Assembly: GCA_050273025.1 (NCBI GenBank)
Contig: CP158635.1
Span: 6,820,001-6,884,000, forward strand
From: Cenococcum geophilum
Lineage: Eukaryota
Reading direction: 5' to 3'
DNA length: 64,000 nt
In this document: piece after piece, positions 25,286 through 39,729 of the stretch
Position numbering within the stretch: position 1 is the first letter of the stretch
Layout of the letters: each line of letters opens with the position of its first letter
The notes under the pieces: generated by a model
The model's database searches: none
Told to the model about the DNA's origin: nothing
What the model saw: the letters and a program-made list of their open reading frames with translations, nothing else
Translations under genes and position numbers: made by a program

Positions 25286-25664
25286 TTAATATTAAGTTAT
25301 TAGTAAGTTTACTTTATATACTTAAAGGGAGCCTTAAGCAGTTAATATTAAATAATACCTATAAAGTTAAGCTAGATAAGGTAATTAATATAGCTAGGAA
25401 TAGTTTTAATAACCTATAGAAGTAGATATCTATAAGTTTTATTACGGATATTATAATAAAGCCTAGTAGGAAATACTATGGTAGACTTATTAATAGGCTA
25501 GGTATATAGGTAAATAAGAAGTTAATAGCGTAAATATAACTAGTAAAGTAGGTTACCTAATAAATTAACTCTAATTATATTCCAAGATTTACTATAAAAA
25601 AGAGAACTACCTAGGTAGGGACTGTAGTCCTTTAAATACATAATACTACGTCTAAGAAATGTAC

Positions 25665-28600
25665 TATATAATTACAGCACCTGTTATACCAAACGCGTGC
25701 TTACGCGTTCGGTACACCAGGTACGCGTTTACGCGTTCAGTGCACTAACCACTCGCTTACGCGTCTAGTGCACTTATAAAGCACTAACTAATTAGGGGGG
25801 AGGTGCATTAGTATATAGACCACGTAGTCTACTTCATACAATTAACAGTCACCATCCAAATAAGCATATAATACTATATATATTTCGTGCCCGTGGATAC
25901 AACTCACTTATACTATTAAGTTAGTACAAACACTAATTAGTAAGCGCGCACAGATCAGCAATTACTTAACACCTCCCCCCGAGCGATACACACGACAGTA
26001 ACCACCTGTTTAGACTCCTAGTACGACCTACTAGAAGGTTAAAAGTTGGGGATTACGGACTTATCTCTAACTCTATATACTTATTTAAGTCTTAGTATAG
26101 TTTACTAAAAGTTATAGATGCGAATACAGACCTATATGGAACCCCTATCCTTAACCCCCTTAAACCTTAAACCTCTTCGGACCTTTTATAGAAACCCCCT
26201 ACCCTCCTATAAACCATTACGGACCCATTAATCGATTTTACGGACCGTTATAAGACCTCCCCCACCCGTTATAAACTGCTACCACCCACTATACACTATA
26301 CTACACTATAGTATAGCAGACATTAGCAAGCAAGTCAGCGAAGGTCAAAAGAAGTAGAAATAAGGCGTTAACGTTACGTCTACAAACAACGTTAACAACT
26401 ACATCAGCTTTAAAATCCTTAAATATAGACACTTTAAGCTTATAAATAACGACCTATGGGAGCAATATAAGGAAGACTTTGCGGACTTTACAGAAGCTAT
26501 TTTTAAGGCTTACAACCCTACTGCTATCCGTAACCTACGAACCCTTTTACGTCACTAAGGTATATGGGTTAAAAGGGACAAACGAGTTACTGTTATACGG
26601 TCTCTATATAATATACTACATAAAAAGGACTAAACGGAATAGACTAAAGAGTAGATTTTAGATCACATTAAAACCAGCGACCTCTTTACCTCCTTTAAAC
26701 TTAATAGAATCTCTAGCCTTATAGCTAACCTATTTAACCAAATTCGTTCTATAAACCTAAGTAGCATTAAAATTAATCTTACTAGCCAAAGTATACCTAA
26801 TACTCAAGTTACGGACCATAATACCCCCGTAACCTAAATTATGGATTATAATACCCCTATAAACCAAAATACGGACTAAATTACCCCTGTTATTTAAGTT
26901 ACAAATCTACAAGCCATATATCCGCAAGCCATAGATCCGCAAGTTATAGATCCGTAAGTTATAGATCTATAACCTACCTAAGTAAAGACCTATAGTAAGG
27001 AGCTAGCTAACCTAGCCAAGCTCTATACCAACAAATCCAAGTACAGCGGTAAAAACAATAACTTTAACTTTAAACTTACTATCTTTATAGACCTCTATTG
27101 GAAGGCTAATATTCCTAAACAGGAATTTAGCTAAGCCTACTCCACTATACTGCGCGGCCTAGCACTTAACCACTACTACACTAACCTTAAAAGTAACCCC
27201 CTTAGTGTTCCCTTTAATAAGCTATATAAAGCTATATATAACTACTTTAAAGGACCGGAATATAAGCGTAATATTCTTACCTAATAGAATGCGACTAAGC
27301 TACGGACCGTAATTAACAAGAACACTAAAAAATCGACTATAAAGTGCCTGCAAATTCTTATTAAAGACCTTTAGTACCTATAGCACGGCCTTAACACCAA
27401 GCTTTAAATAGATGACTTTCTATATAATAAACTTATTACAGCCTACTAGGAAGTAGAGCCCTACAAGTACGCCTACTATAAGCCTATAAATACCTTAACT
27501 GGCCTTATTAATGACCTACGCTCCTCTATTATAACGTATAAAGTCTTAAACCCACTAGGCAGCACTTAAGCCTTTATTGCGGATATTTAATATCCGCAAA
27601 TAGACTTAGACGTCTACTTTACAGACCACCGCTACCGCTAGCAGCACCTGTACCGACTAAGTCCCACCCGTAACCCCTATAGCAACCCCCGTATAAAAAC
27701 ATACCCCCACAAACAAACCAGCTAGAAGTGCTTCGTGTGCGGTAAGGAAGGATATTAGTCTATAAGGCATACCCAGGAAGAACGTAATAAGTCTAGGAAG
27801 AGACTTAATAGCCGTATTAACTAGTTTATTTTAGAATACAAAGGAAAGGAAGTAGAAGAGCCCCCTAATAAGTTAATAAAAGCCCTTATAATTAACTTTA
27901 ACTTAAACACTTAGGAATAAGAGACCTTAGAGACATTTTTAACCACTTTTAGACCTTTTACGGATAGCTAAGCCTTTAATATTACAACTATATTAGCCGA
28001 CCGTTCCTTTATACACTTAGTTGCGCCTAAAAACCATTCCGTAAGTACCTCTATTACAAATGTTATAAATCATAAGCAGGACCTATTTGCATATATTACT
28101 ATAGAACGCTATACCCCTAAGGAATTCTATAGTATTATAATTAATATAGGTACCTCTAAGAAGTCTACCGCAGGCTATAGATAATACCTTATATATAGGA
28201 CCACTACAAATAACAATACGGACATTAATATTACGCAAACTAGGGCCGTAAATGTCTAATTCGGCATCGGCTTAACCGCATTAATTAGATTAGTTAAAGT
28301 TAAGACTCTAATTAGCCTAGTTAACTTCTATATAGTAAAAGCGGACACCCCCTTCCTACTCTATCTTGTAGACATAGACAGGTTATAGGTATACTACAAT
28401 AATATTACGGACACCCTAATTGGCCCCGCAACTACCCTAAAAAGTAAGCATATTACCCTACTAATTATACAACAATTTAAACACCCGTTCCTTATATGGG
28501 GAGAGACTTTACGAACCTATATTTAGGAATCTTTCGACTATAACCCATACTACCTTACTAGTACGGAAATCCACCGCCTACACCGCCGTTTCGGCTACTT

Positions 28601-31600
28601 GTTAGCCGAAAAGCTATATAGAGTCCTTAAACGCTCTAAACATAACGACGTTAATAGGAAGGCAATTAACCACCTAACTAAATACTACTCCTTCTGCCAG
28701 AAATACGGACGTTCCCTAGGCTAATTTAAGTTCACCCTTTATAAGGACCTTAACTTTAACCACTTAGTATACGTGGACATTATATACATTAACGGTAGTC
28801 CAGTATTACATATAATTAACAAGGCAACCCGCTATTAAGCCGCCTATTAGTTGCAAAATATATCCGCAAAACATACTTGGGATATTTTACGGACCTACTA
28901 AATCAATATATACGTCGGACCTCCGTAGTATATTACCTACGACACCAGTAGGAACTTTATTAGTAAGGAATTCTAGCAGTATACTATGGCTATAGCTATA
29001 TTAACAAAAGCTGTTCTAGTTAAGGTGCACTAGTCTATTAGGCTTATTAAGCGAGCTTACCTAACCTTATAGAGAGCTTACTAGATTATTATAAACAAGT
29101 ATAAGGACATTTAAAAGGAACTGGCTTTATAGATGGCTATAAAAGCTATTAATGACACCGCTAGCCCCGACGAACTAGTACCCACCCTCTTGGTTTATAG
29201 AGCCTACCTAAGGATAAGTAACCTAGGCCCTTTTGCCCTATCTATTACGGAATAAGCAGCTATAATACGGAAGGCAATAACTAAAATAGTCAAGCTATAG
29301 GCCAAGTAAGCTATTAATAACGCCTTATACTACCGCAACGGACCTAACACAACCCCAGTATATGACCTCCCGCTTAACTCTAAAGTCCTTATATAGCGTG
29401 AAAGCGGTAGTTAGAATGGACCTTATTGTTTACTAGCCGTAGAAAACAAGACGTGCTGCGTATAGCTTCCTAGTAGGCCAACCAGCTTCAGAAGCACGTC
29501 CGTAAAACCCTACTTTCGGCCTAAAAACACCCATAACGTCAAACCAGACGAACTGGAAGCACCCATTAAACTAGACAAACCGGAAGCACCCGCCGAATTA
29601 GATAAACTAAAAGTACCCTTGCCTACCCTAGAAGTCCCCCAGAAACCCACTAAACCTACTAAACCTACTATAAAGCGTGGTTAAGGACGCCCCCAAAAGC
29701 ACCCCATAACTAAGAATACTATAATAGAAAATTACCTAACCTCCGTAGGAATATCCGCAAGGCAATCTCCGCCTATAGATATATTAGTTCTAGTACAGGA
29801 AACCCCATTTACGGACTTATAACGTAAAGAGATTAATAGACTACTTAAAAAGGGTGTCTTTGCGGTTATAATAGAGAAAGACGTCCCACAAGGCGTCCGT
29901 ATATTTAACTCACGCTTTATTAATAAGATTAAGCACCCTAGTACTAATAAAGCCTTTAAAAAATTAAGGCTTATTATATAAGCTTATAACAATAAGGGAA
30001 AGAACTTAGTCCTTATGTAATTACCTATAATTTAACAAGTTAGCTAACGAATTATACTTATACTTGCGCTGGGACTATAGCAAACTAAACCCGTAGCCCT
30101 ATACTTATAGAATATCTTATAAGCCTACGTGCAGTCTAATACCTACCTAAGTAGGGACATCTTTATACGACCACCCTATAAGCTTAACCTATAACTAAGA
30201 ACAATTTTATAGGTTATAAAACCTCTTTACGGAGTACCAGAAGCTAGGAACTACTGGTTTAAAACATACCACTAGTATTATATTAGTAAGCTTAAAATGG
30301 AACAGTCGACCTACAACCCCTACCTCCTATACAGCCCATTAAACGGCCTTAGTATTATTAGACTTTAAACAAATAATACCCTATTCCTAGCAGACTAGAC
30401 CTTTACAGACGCTAAAAAAACTAAACTATAAAAGACCAAGTTCTTAGCAAAGCTATAAGAGTAGTTAACTAAGTAAAATCTAATTAAGTTTAATGGAGGC
30501 CTAATTACACAAAAGGGCAACCTAATTAAGCTAACTTAGAAACGCCAAGCTTAAAACCTAAAGCTCATTACAGTAAAGCCTATAGACCTCACTAGTTCCC
30601 GCGAAGAGACCCGTAAGACCGTAAATATAAAGGACTAATACGCTGCACAGCGTGCAAAAGGCGCCTACATTGCCACAGTCTGCTAACCCGAATCTGCCTA
30701 CGACTTATCCTTTACGGCCCAAGCAGTAGATCCGTAAGAAGAAAATATTAAGCAGCTTAATAAGCGTATTTAGTAGCAAATTAATAATGCAGCAAGGGGA
30801 CTTACTTTTATACCACTAGACCTAAATTCCCTTAGCCTACTAGCATTTACAGACGCCTCCTTTACCAATAACAAAGACCTATTATCACAAATTAGCTTTA
30901 TAATTGTACTTATAGACTATAATTAGGACGTAAATATACTGCACTAGTCTTTAATTAAGTGCAAATAAGTAACCCATAGTGTACTAGCTTCTAAACTATA
31001 TATACTAGCTTATAGATTTAATATAGCAGCTACAATTAAATCAACGGTCTAGAAGATTCTATAACTGGAGCAGTTACCCCTAGTTTTATACACCAATTTA
31101 AAGTCCCTTTACGACTGCCTAGTTAAACTAGGTACGACATAAAAGAAGAGGCTTATGGTTGACCTAATATGCTTATATTAGGCCTATGAACGACGTAAGA
31201 TTACGGAGGTTAAATGGATCAGCAGCGGAGACAACCTAGCGGACGCTATAACTAAGGCAAAGCCGTATTAAGCCCTTAAAACCCTAATTAACATAAATAA
31301 GCTTAACCTAAAAGTTATAAAATGGGTAGAATGGGACTAACGGAGCACCTATGGTATATCTACGGCCCGTTAGAAGGCCGTACGGCTCGTTATACAGTAT
31401 AGGTGGAAAACGGTAGAAAGCTACAGTGGAACTTAGTAGACTTACGTAACCTGCCGAATTTTATAGGGTAGTTAAATTAACTAATTACGATTTTCCATCC
31501 CCGGGATAGAAAATCGCCATTGGTTCACTTAGCACTAGCGCCTTAGCGGCCCTTAAAATCTAACTTATAGCTCGTCTACTGCCCGTCAAAAGGCCGTACG

Positions 31601-32042
31601 GTTCATTTTACGGACCGTAAGCAGAACTTACGGCTAGCTTGGGGCACCGTTTGGAAGGCAGCCTAAACAGCACCTTAGGGAGATTTCCTATGTATTTTCC
31701 TTTATATTCTATGGTTTTATTAAAGCAATTACGGAGGCTGTATACAGGTGGTTTTATTTTTCAAATACTACCAGTATATAATTACAGCACCTGTTGTACT
31801 AAACGCGTGCTTACGCATTCGGTACACCAGGTACGCGTTTACGCGTTCAGTGCACCAACCACTCGCTTACGCGTCTGGTGCACTTATGAAGCACTAACTA
31901 ATTAGGGGGGAGGTGCATCAGTATATAAACCACGTAGTCTACTTTATACAATCGACAGTCACCATCCAAACAAGCATACGATACTACATGTATTTCGTGC
32001 CCGTAGATACGACTCACTCATGCTATTAAGTTAGTACGAACA
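25665..32042 (+). mobile_element. Full-length GalEa-type Copia element of a second family (Copia-3)
   Basis: 268-bp LTRs 25665-25932 and 31775-32042. TSD TGTAC/TATAC differs by one RIP change. CTAATTAGT follows the 5' LTR. Motifs CFVCGKEGCWS.RH (~27728), LHRRFGH (~28578), QTDD (~30365) and KRLMVD (~31145). Confidence 0.93.
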
Positions 32043-32264
32043 TATACTAAGTACGTTAGTACGCTAGTATATTAGTACGTCCTATATTCCTACGTTTCTA
32101 TATTTCTATATAACTTAGCTACCCCCTATCCTATAGCTTAATTGGTTTTAGTACCTCCTATACTATCTTAACTAAACTATTTATATCTCTTTTTAATAGT
32201 TATACTACTGTTAATATAAGGTCCGTAATACTATCCCCCTTCTCTTTATCTTCGCCTTTAAGGA

Positions 32265-32790
32265 TATCCTATTCTTATTATACGGGGAAGAAGTTAGTAT
32301 ATATTATAATTGTGGCTCTATTTAGTTACTAACCTTTCTTCTATACTAAGCGTACGTAAGTAAATATATAATTATTCTATAATATTTAATCGGTTTTTAA
32401 CGCTAAGTTTATATATCTTATTATTCTATATAAGCGTTTAGTACTTTATTTAATCTATTATAGGGTCTTATATTTAATCTAAGGCCTCCTACCTTAAGGG
32501 TAAACTAGCCTTAGCCCTTACTAAGGTATAAAAGCTTTAAGATAATAAAGAGCGTATTTAAATTAAAAAGTGGCAAGTATTTAACGCTTAACTAGCTACT
32601 TACGCTTAGTTACTTCGTCTTAAGAAGGGTTATAAAAAGGTTCGTTTAAAGGAGTAGAAACTTACTAAATAAGGTCTTCTTAAGCTTAAGTAGAAGGAGG
32701 CTAAAAAGGGTTCTAGTCTAATAAAGAGGGAAATAACTCTAAGTAGATTAGCAGCTGCTCCTCTTAGGTCCCCCTTAAGTAACTTATTTT
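32265..32790 (+). pseudogene. Antisense Cys6 ORF relic in the 3' region of Gypsy-B (N-terminus deleted)
   Basis: De-RIPed SCS.C.GKKLVC.....P...QPSSC.E......C...SVSDAE aligns with the 46800-47408 ORF of Gypsy-A. Confidence 0.55.
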
Positions 32791-35700
32791 TTATAGTAAT
32801 TTTTCCTTATTAATGCTCCCTAACCTATTCCCCTCTAATACTTCTATACCTTTTTTAGAGCGTTTTTTAAGCTTTATAGTAGTTTCTAGGTAGTCTTATT
32901 ATAGCCTATCCACTTTACTTCATACTATATTTTATTATTAATATTCTTATAACTAATAAATTTTAAAAACTTCTTATTTATCTTTTTCTTATCCTCTATA
33001 TATATCTACTTTATAGGCTAATAGCTTAATAGTCCTATATATAAGCTCTAGTATCGCGATATGCTATATAGGGTAGATCTTAATTTTCTCTAGCAAGTCT
33101 AACTTATATATAACTTTTAAGATCTTAGCTATAATCTTAAATAGTCCTAGTTTAATATAGTCTAATTTCTTACTTAGTCGTTAACTCTTAAATTTTTATA
33201 TATAGTAGCTATACTTTATCTCCCTCCTTAAGATCTGGTCTCTTAAATCTCTTAATATTATAGTACTTTTTATTTTATTTTATACTATCTTTACTAATTC
33301 CGTAAGGTCTATATAAAGATTTATTAGTGTCTTTATTCTCTATTTTACTATACTACTTATCTTCTTTACTTATTATAGCGATAATAATATTTTTGGTTTA
33401 TATTCGTAATTCGCCTTAAATAGTAATATCTCTATTCCTTCTTGTAGTGTTATATTATATATAAACTATATAATTAGTAACAGTAATACCTAATTATTCT
33501 ATATATAATTTATATAATACCTTAGATACTGTTCTAGTATCTAGTTTAATCTTTCTATTTAGCCGTCTGTCTATACATAATATACTATTAATATTACTAT
33601 ACAAACCCCTTATTCTGCTAAGAATACCTCCTAAAATACTGCTATAAATCTTATATCTCTATTTAATATAATTTTACTTAATACTCCGTGCCTTATAAAT
33701 ACTTCTTTAATATAGATTCTAGCTATATCTTCTACTAAGATTTCTTTTATATATACTATAAAGTAGCCCTATTTAGTTAACTTATTTACTATTATAAGGA
33801 TTACGTTATAATCCTATCTGGTAATAGGGTCTCTTAACTTTAATAACTTTATAATAAAGTCCTATAATATTATCTTCTATAGGCGTTTTAGCATTTTAAT
33901 AGGTTATAGCCCTCTATATAGCTTATACCTTATTAGTTTATTTCTTTAGTAATTTAGATACTTCTTTATAACTTATCTTACTAAGCCCTAAATTCCTTAA
34001 ATAATATACTCCTTCTAGGGTCTTAATACTAAGCCTATAGCTCTATTATATCCTTATATTATTCCTCTATAGAAATCTTTAACAAATTTCTCTATAATGC
34101 TTCTTTGTTACGGACGCTTTAAGTACAATATTACGACTACTTAGAGAGGAGTCGGAAGAAGCTAGTTAGTTAATATAGGCACAGTCTAAAATAGAGCCAG
34201 TAGAACCATGTAACAAAAAGTGGTAAGCGAGTTATATAATGTTATACGCGATGTACGCAGTGTATATAGTATACGTTTACGTATAACACGTATAACACAT
34301 ACCTTATATATAAGAAGGATTTTATAGGAGTACAGTTGTATATTTAAGGACCCTTAGTTCCTACCTAGATAGTTCCTTTCTTATAGTAATTCTTAGAATA
34401 CAATTAGAGTTAATCTGTTAGGCAACCACTCCACCAGTTATTATTACGTTATTGACTTTCTATATTACCTATATACCTAGCCTATTAACAAGTCCACCGT
34501 AGTTCTTACTATAAGGCTCCGTTATATAATCACTACCTAGTTATAGTCTTAGAAGTCAAATAATATACCACTAAAAGCAGCTATAACGACGCTATTAACG
34601 GCAGCAACGACCTTAGGGTTAGGTAACAATACTAGTATAACAGATATTAACTTATAACTAGTTACAGTTGGACAGTTATAGGCAATAGTTAATTAGTTAA
34701 TAGATAATAATACGGCACTTAAAAATAGGGTTAATAGAATAGGAGTAGCTAAGGTTAAGTTACCTTTAATTAAATAATTCTTAGAAGAGAGATCAAAGCT
34801 TAAAGGATTCCTTATATAAATGCACTTTAAAGTTATATAGGAAGGAGCAAAGTTGGCGACACTTATAGATTAAATAGTGTACACAGGATTATTTCTAACG
34901 GGAAGGGCGCTTAAATGGTTTAAACCCTACCTTACGGAAATATAGGACAATAGTATAATAACTACTAATTAGAAAGTACGATATATATTTATAAGCTAGA
35001 CTAGATTTATAGAATAATTAATATAAATATTCGGGGACCCAGAAGCAATAACTATAGTAAAAAGAAAGTTTTAGAACCTAATATAGCAAACCTTAGCAAT
35101 TAAGTATATAACGTAGTTTTAGACATTAGCTATATAAGTTAAATAAAATAATAAGGCGCTTATAGCACAGTACAAACAGGGACTTAAGGCTAAAGTTTAG
35201 GATGTAATTATTCTAATAGAAGATACGGATACCCTTAGGGAATTAATAGATTAAGTAATTAAAATTAATAATAGGATCTTCTAAAGGGAACAGGCTAAGA
35301 GAAGCTAAGATAGAGTTCTGTAGTTATATAAGGTATAGAGCACGTAATAACTAAAGCTAAATTAGAAATTATAGTATGGCGCAGAGCTAATGGACCTAAG
35401 CGGTATTAAAGAAAACTATAAGAAATAGAGAAAACAACTATAGAAACCTAGAAGTTAAGGATTAAGTAATTATAGGACTAAGGAGTATAGGCTAAACTAA
35501 GGATCTTAATAGCAGAAGACGTTTAAGCGGACTCTATAGTAAAAGTAATGGTTTAAAGATAGAGCTTATATAAATTATAGAAAATAGGGTTATTTTGCTA
35601 GAGACTATAGAAGTGGTTAAAGTTACTATATAGTAAAGGGAACTAGACTAATAGTATATAATATATATATATAGAGGGATAATAGTATACTATAAGGAAC

Positions 35701-38700
35701 AAAAGAATATTTAATTAAAAGTTATACGTTTTGTTATAATAACGTATACCAAAATTATAAAGATGCTAAGTATAGCGTAAGCTATTAGCTATAAGAGCTA
35801 AAGTTAAAAGAACTTAAAGAAATTAGAGAGTTAGATAAAGAATAAAATTAACTCTATAAGCTAGATTAAGATATTATAGCAATATATAGATAAAGATTAG
35901 TAATAATAATAATAGAGTTAGAGTACTTATTAATTAATAGCGATAAGGTAGAAAAAGGAACTAACTAGGGGTATTTAAACCTTAATAACGTAATAGAAGT
36001 AGAGACTAAAACCGCTATAGAGTAAGGTTTAGTAACGGGTATTATAACACTATTAGATACGATATCTATTACTTTATAAGATAGAAGGAGTAATATTTAA
36101 AGGCGATTAAGTAAGTAGATGACTGCTAGTACTAGCTTACTACTTAATAAAGGTAAAAGGCTAAAGGCTTAAGATTCTTAAGATAAGATAAGAGATAACT
36201 AAGATTCTTAGGATGAGATAAGGTATACTTAGGGACCTATAACGTATAATAACCGATGGAATAGAGCAACGGCTTAGTTTAGTAATATATAAATAAGCTT
36301 AGGACGAAGTTTCCTAAAGGTATAAGATTCTTAAGATAAAATAAGTAAGATTTAAGACTCTTAAGATAAAATAAGAACAATAGTAAAGCCTAGTTAAACT
36401 AAGGCTAGAGTATAGCTTAAGAAAGAAGCGAGCTTAGGATTAAAGAATCTAAGGGATTAAGAATTTGGAGTATAAATAAGGACACCTATAAGCAAGAGGT
36501 AAGAAGCTTTACTATAAATTAGGGAATCTATAGTATAAATAGTAGTTAAATTAGGAGACAGATATATAGACCTAGAAGACTTACTAGGGGAATATAGTGT
36601 TTAGCCTAAAGATTAAAAAGTTAATACTACGATTAAGAAGTAAAAAAACTTTAAGAATCTAATTATAAAACGTAAATAATAAGAAACTATAGATAAGTTT
36701 AGAGTAAGAATTCTTATATAGTAAGAACAGAAACTAGATATAAGGTCTAGCATACTAAGTTATATATAAGATAAAGTACTAGTATAAAGAATTACTAATA
36801 GGCCGAAAGTAGGTACGCTAAGAGCTAAGTAACTTACTAAATTAGAAAATAAAGAGGATCTAGGAATTCTAACTAGGTTTAAAAAACGGTATATAAAAGG
36901 CTATTATAACGCAGTAATAAGAAGATACTTTTTTACGGATAAACCGTATATACTTTAATAGCTATACTAAAGGTGGTATAGGCAAAGGTATAATAATAAG
37001 TAGGAAGATTTCTATATGTAGTTAAACGAGAGAGTTATTTAGGACTACTTAATTACGGAAAAAGCAATAAATTATATTAAGGGAGCCTTAATTATAATAT
37101 TAAAGGATCTAGAGGAATCATTAGAGGACTAGAGAAGTAAAAGATATATTTTAGTACCTATAAATAAAGTTATAACGTTTAGATTAATATAATAAAGGTT
37201 TAAACTTAAGGATAAAGATAAGTTAAGAGTTAACTTAAAGCACCTAGCGTATTATATATTAGCATAAATTGCATATATAAAAATCCAAAAAAGAAAAACC
37301 GGAAATGCCCTATAAGGATATATTAGGCGCTAGATAAGTAATAGTATAGAAATACTAAGTATATATATAGCTGGCATCTAGTAGAAGTTTAGGAGTTAAA
37401 AGACTTAATACTTTAACTAAAAAGATTCCTTATAGAAGAATGCTTAGACGGATAATAGTAGTAGGAATATTTAGAGAACATGTGTCTATAGTATATTAAG
37501 GATAAAAAGCGAATAAAGTATTAGCTAAAGAATAAGTTAAGTATATAAGGATCTAGCAGCTAATAGTTAGGAAAAGTAGAGACCTATAGGATTAAAGGGA
37601 GCTAGTAGTAGAGCCTTAGACCCTTAAAGGAATTTAAGGATAATACCTAAATTTATAAGTTAAATGGTAAGATTAATAGTTTAAAGTATTAGTAGATAGT
37701 GGAGTAATAAGGAACTATATCTTACTAATAGTAGTTAAAAGGATAGGGCTACCATATAGGTAAAAGAAGCACCCTTATCTATTAGTTATAATTTTAGGAG
37801 ATTTAATAGCTTACGGAGGAGGTATTATTAATCTTAAAATAGGACCTATTTAGATAACTATTAAAGGGAGATAAATTAAGATATCTTTTAATATATTACT
37901 ATTAGGGAATAATAAGGTAGTACTAGGAATGCCTTAGTTATAGAAATATAATTTAAGGATTAATTAGGTTATTATTAAAGATACTTAATGCTATAAAATG
38001 CAATAATAAGCCAAGATAGTATAGTACTAAGTAGGGGTAACCTATAAAGATACTGTAAGTATAGTAAGAAACTATAGTTACTAAAAAGTAAGAAGCTGTT
38101 AGAGTATATAGTATAGAACTATAAGATAGAATTAGAACTAGGAATAAGTCTAAGGTTCTTTCCAATCTATAAGCTTACTAAGAAAGAAGGGAGAGCACTA
38201 AAAGAGTTTATCTAGGAGAACTTATAAAAGGGATATATTAGACTATTACAGTTATTAGCGGGATATCTAGTACTATTCGTACTAAAGAAAAACGGAAAAC
38301 TTAGGCTATGTATTAATTATAGACAGTTAAACAGCATTACTAGGAAGGATAGGTATCCTTTACCCTTAATTAGCGAGATCTAGGATAGGATTAGTAATGT
38401 GTAAATCTTTATAAAGATAGATCTAAGATAGGCGTACTATTAGATTAGAATTAAAGAAGGTAATAAATAAAAGGCAGCCTTTAGGTTAAAGGAAGGACTA
38501 TATAAACTATTAGTTATATAATTTGGGCTTATAAACGCACTAGTAATGTTTTAGAAGCGTATTAACAATATATTAAGAGAACACTTAGATAAATTTGTTA
38601 TGGTATACCTTAATAATATTACTATCTACTTAATAAGTAAGGAAGAGTACGGAGAATATATTAAATAGGTTTTAAAGAGACTATAGAAGGAACAGATACT

Positions 38701-39729
38701 AGTAATAATTAAGAAATATAAGTTCTTTATTAAGAAGACGGATTTTATTAGATTTATTATTAAACTAGGCTAACTTAGTATAGATTTAAAGAAGATTAAG
38801 GCTATAGTGAATTAGTAAGAACTAGAGAATATTACGTAGTTAAGGTCGTTTTTAGGGGTTTACAATTACTGTAGAAGGTTTATAGCTTAATAGTTAAAAG
38901 ATAATAAGCTATTTATAAGGTTAATAAAGAAAGAAGAACCTTAGGTATAGGGAAAAGAGTAAAGGAAACTATTTAAGGAGGTTAAGGAGTTGTTTACTTA
39001 AAACCTAATCCTTAAAATCTACCAACTAAAATTAGAGATAGTGGTTAAAATAGATATATTAGACTTTGTACTAAGGGTATACTTCCTATAGAAATATAAA
39101 GACGGATAGCACCTAGTGGTATACTATAGTTAAAAAAAAATAATACTACCGAAACTAAACCATAACATCTATAATAAGGAGTTATTAGGTATAGTTACAG
39201 CACTTTAAAAATAAAGAGCGTTCTTATAAGGTATAGAAAAGCTATTTATAGTTAAGATGGATTATAAGAACCTAATAGGGTTCCTAATAATAAAAGAACT
39301 TAATTAGAGATAGGTTAGATAGGTAGAGATACTTATAGAATACTATTTTAAGATTTAGTATACTAAGGGTATAGATAATACACGAGCAGATGCTTTAAGA
39401 AAAAGGCTAAACTATAAAATAATAAAAAGCTATTAGGGGCTTTACTGCGAAAAGATATAGACGGATTAATTAGATATAATTACCTAAAAATTGCAGTAAT
39501 AAGAGAAATTAGTTAGACCTACGAATTACTAGAGAGTAATTAGTTATAAAAGATCTAAGATATATAGGTAAAGGATCTAAACTTAGAGTAGTATAAGAAT
39601 AGAGAAGTAATGTACGTGCTAAGAAATATTATAAAAGAGTTTATTAAGTTATTCTATAGGGGATTAACTTAAGGATATAATAGAGCTATAGGCTTAGTAT
39701 TAAGACTCTAAAAGGAGTATATTATTAAT

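Noticed and set aside
31479..31552. Hammerhead ribozyme reading of the Copia 3' hairpin
   Set aside because: The CTAATTA segment pairs within the extended stem and no GAAA core follows the helix.
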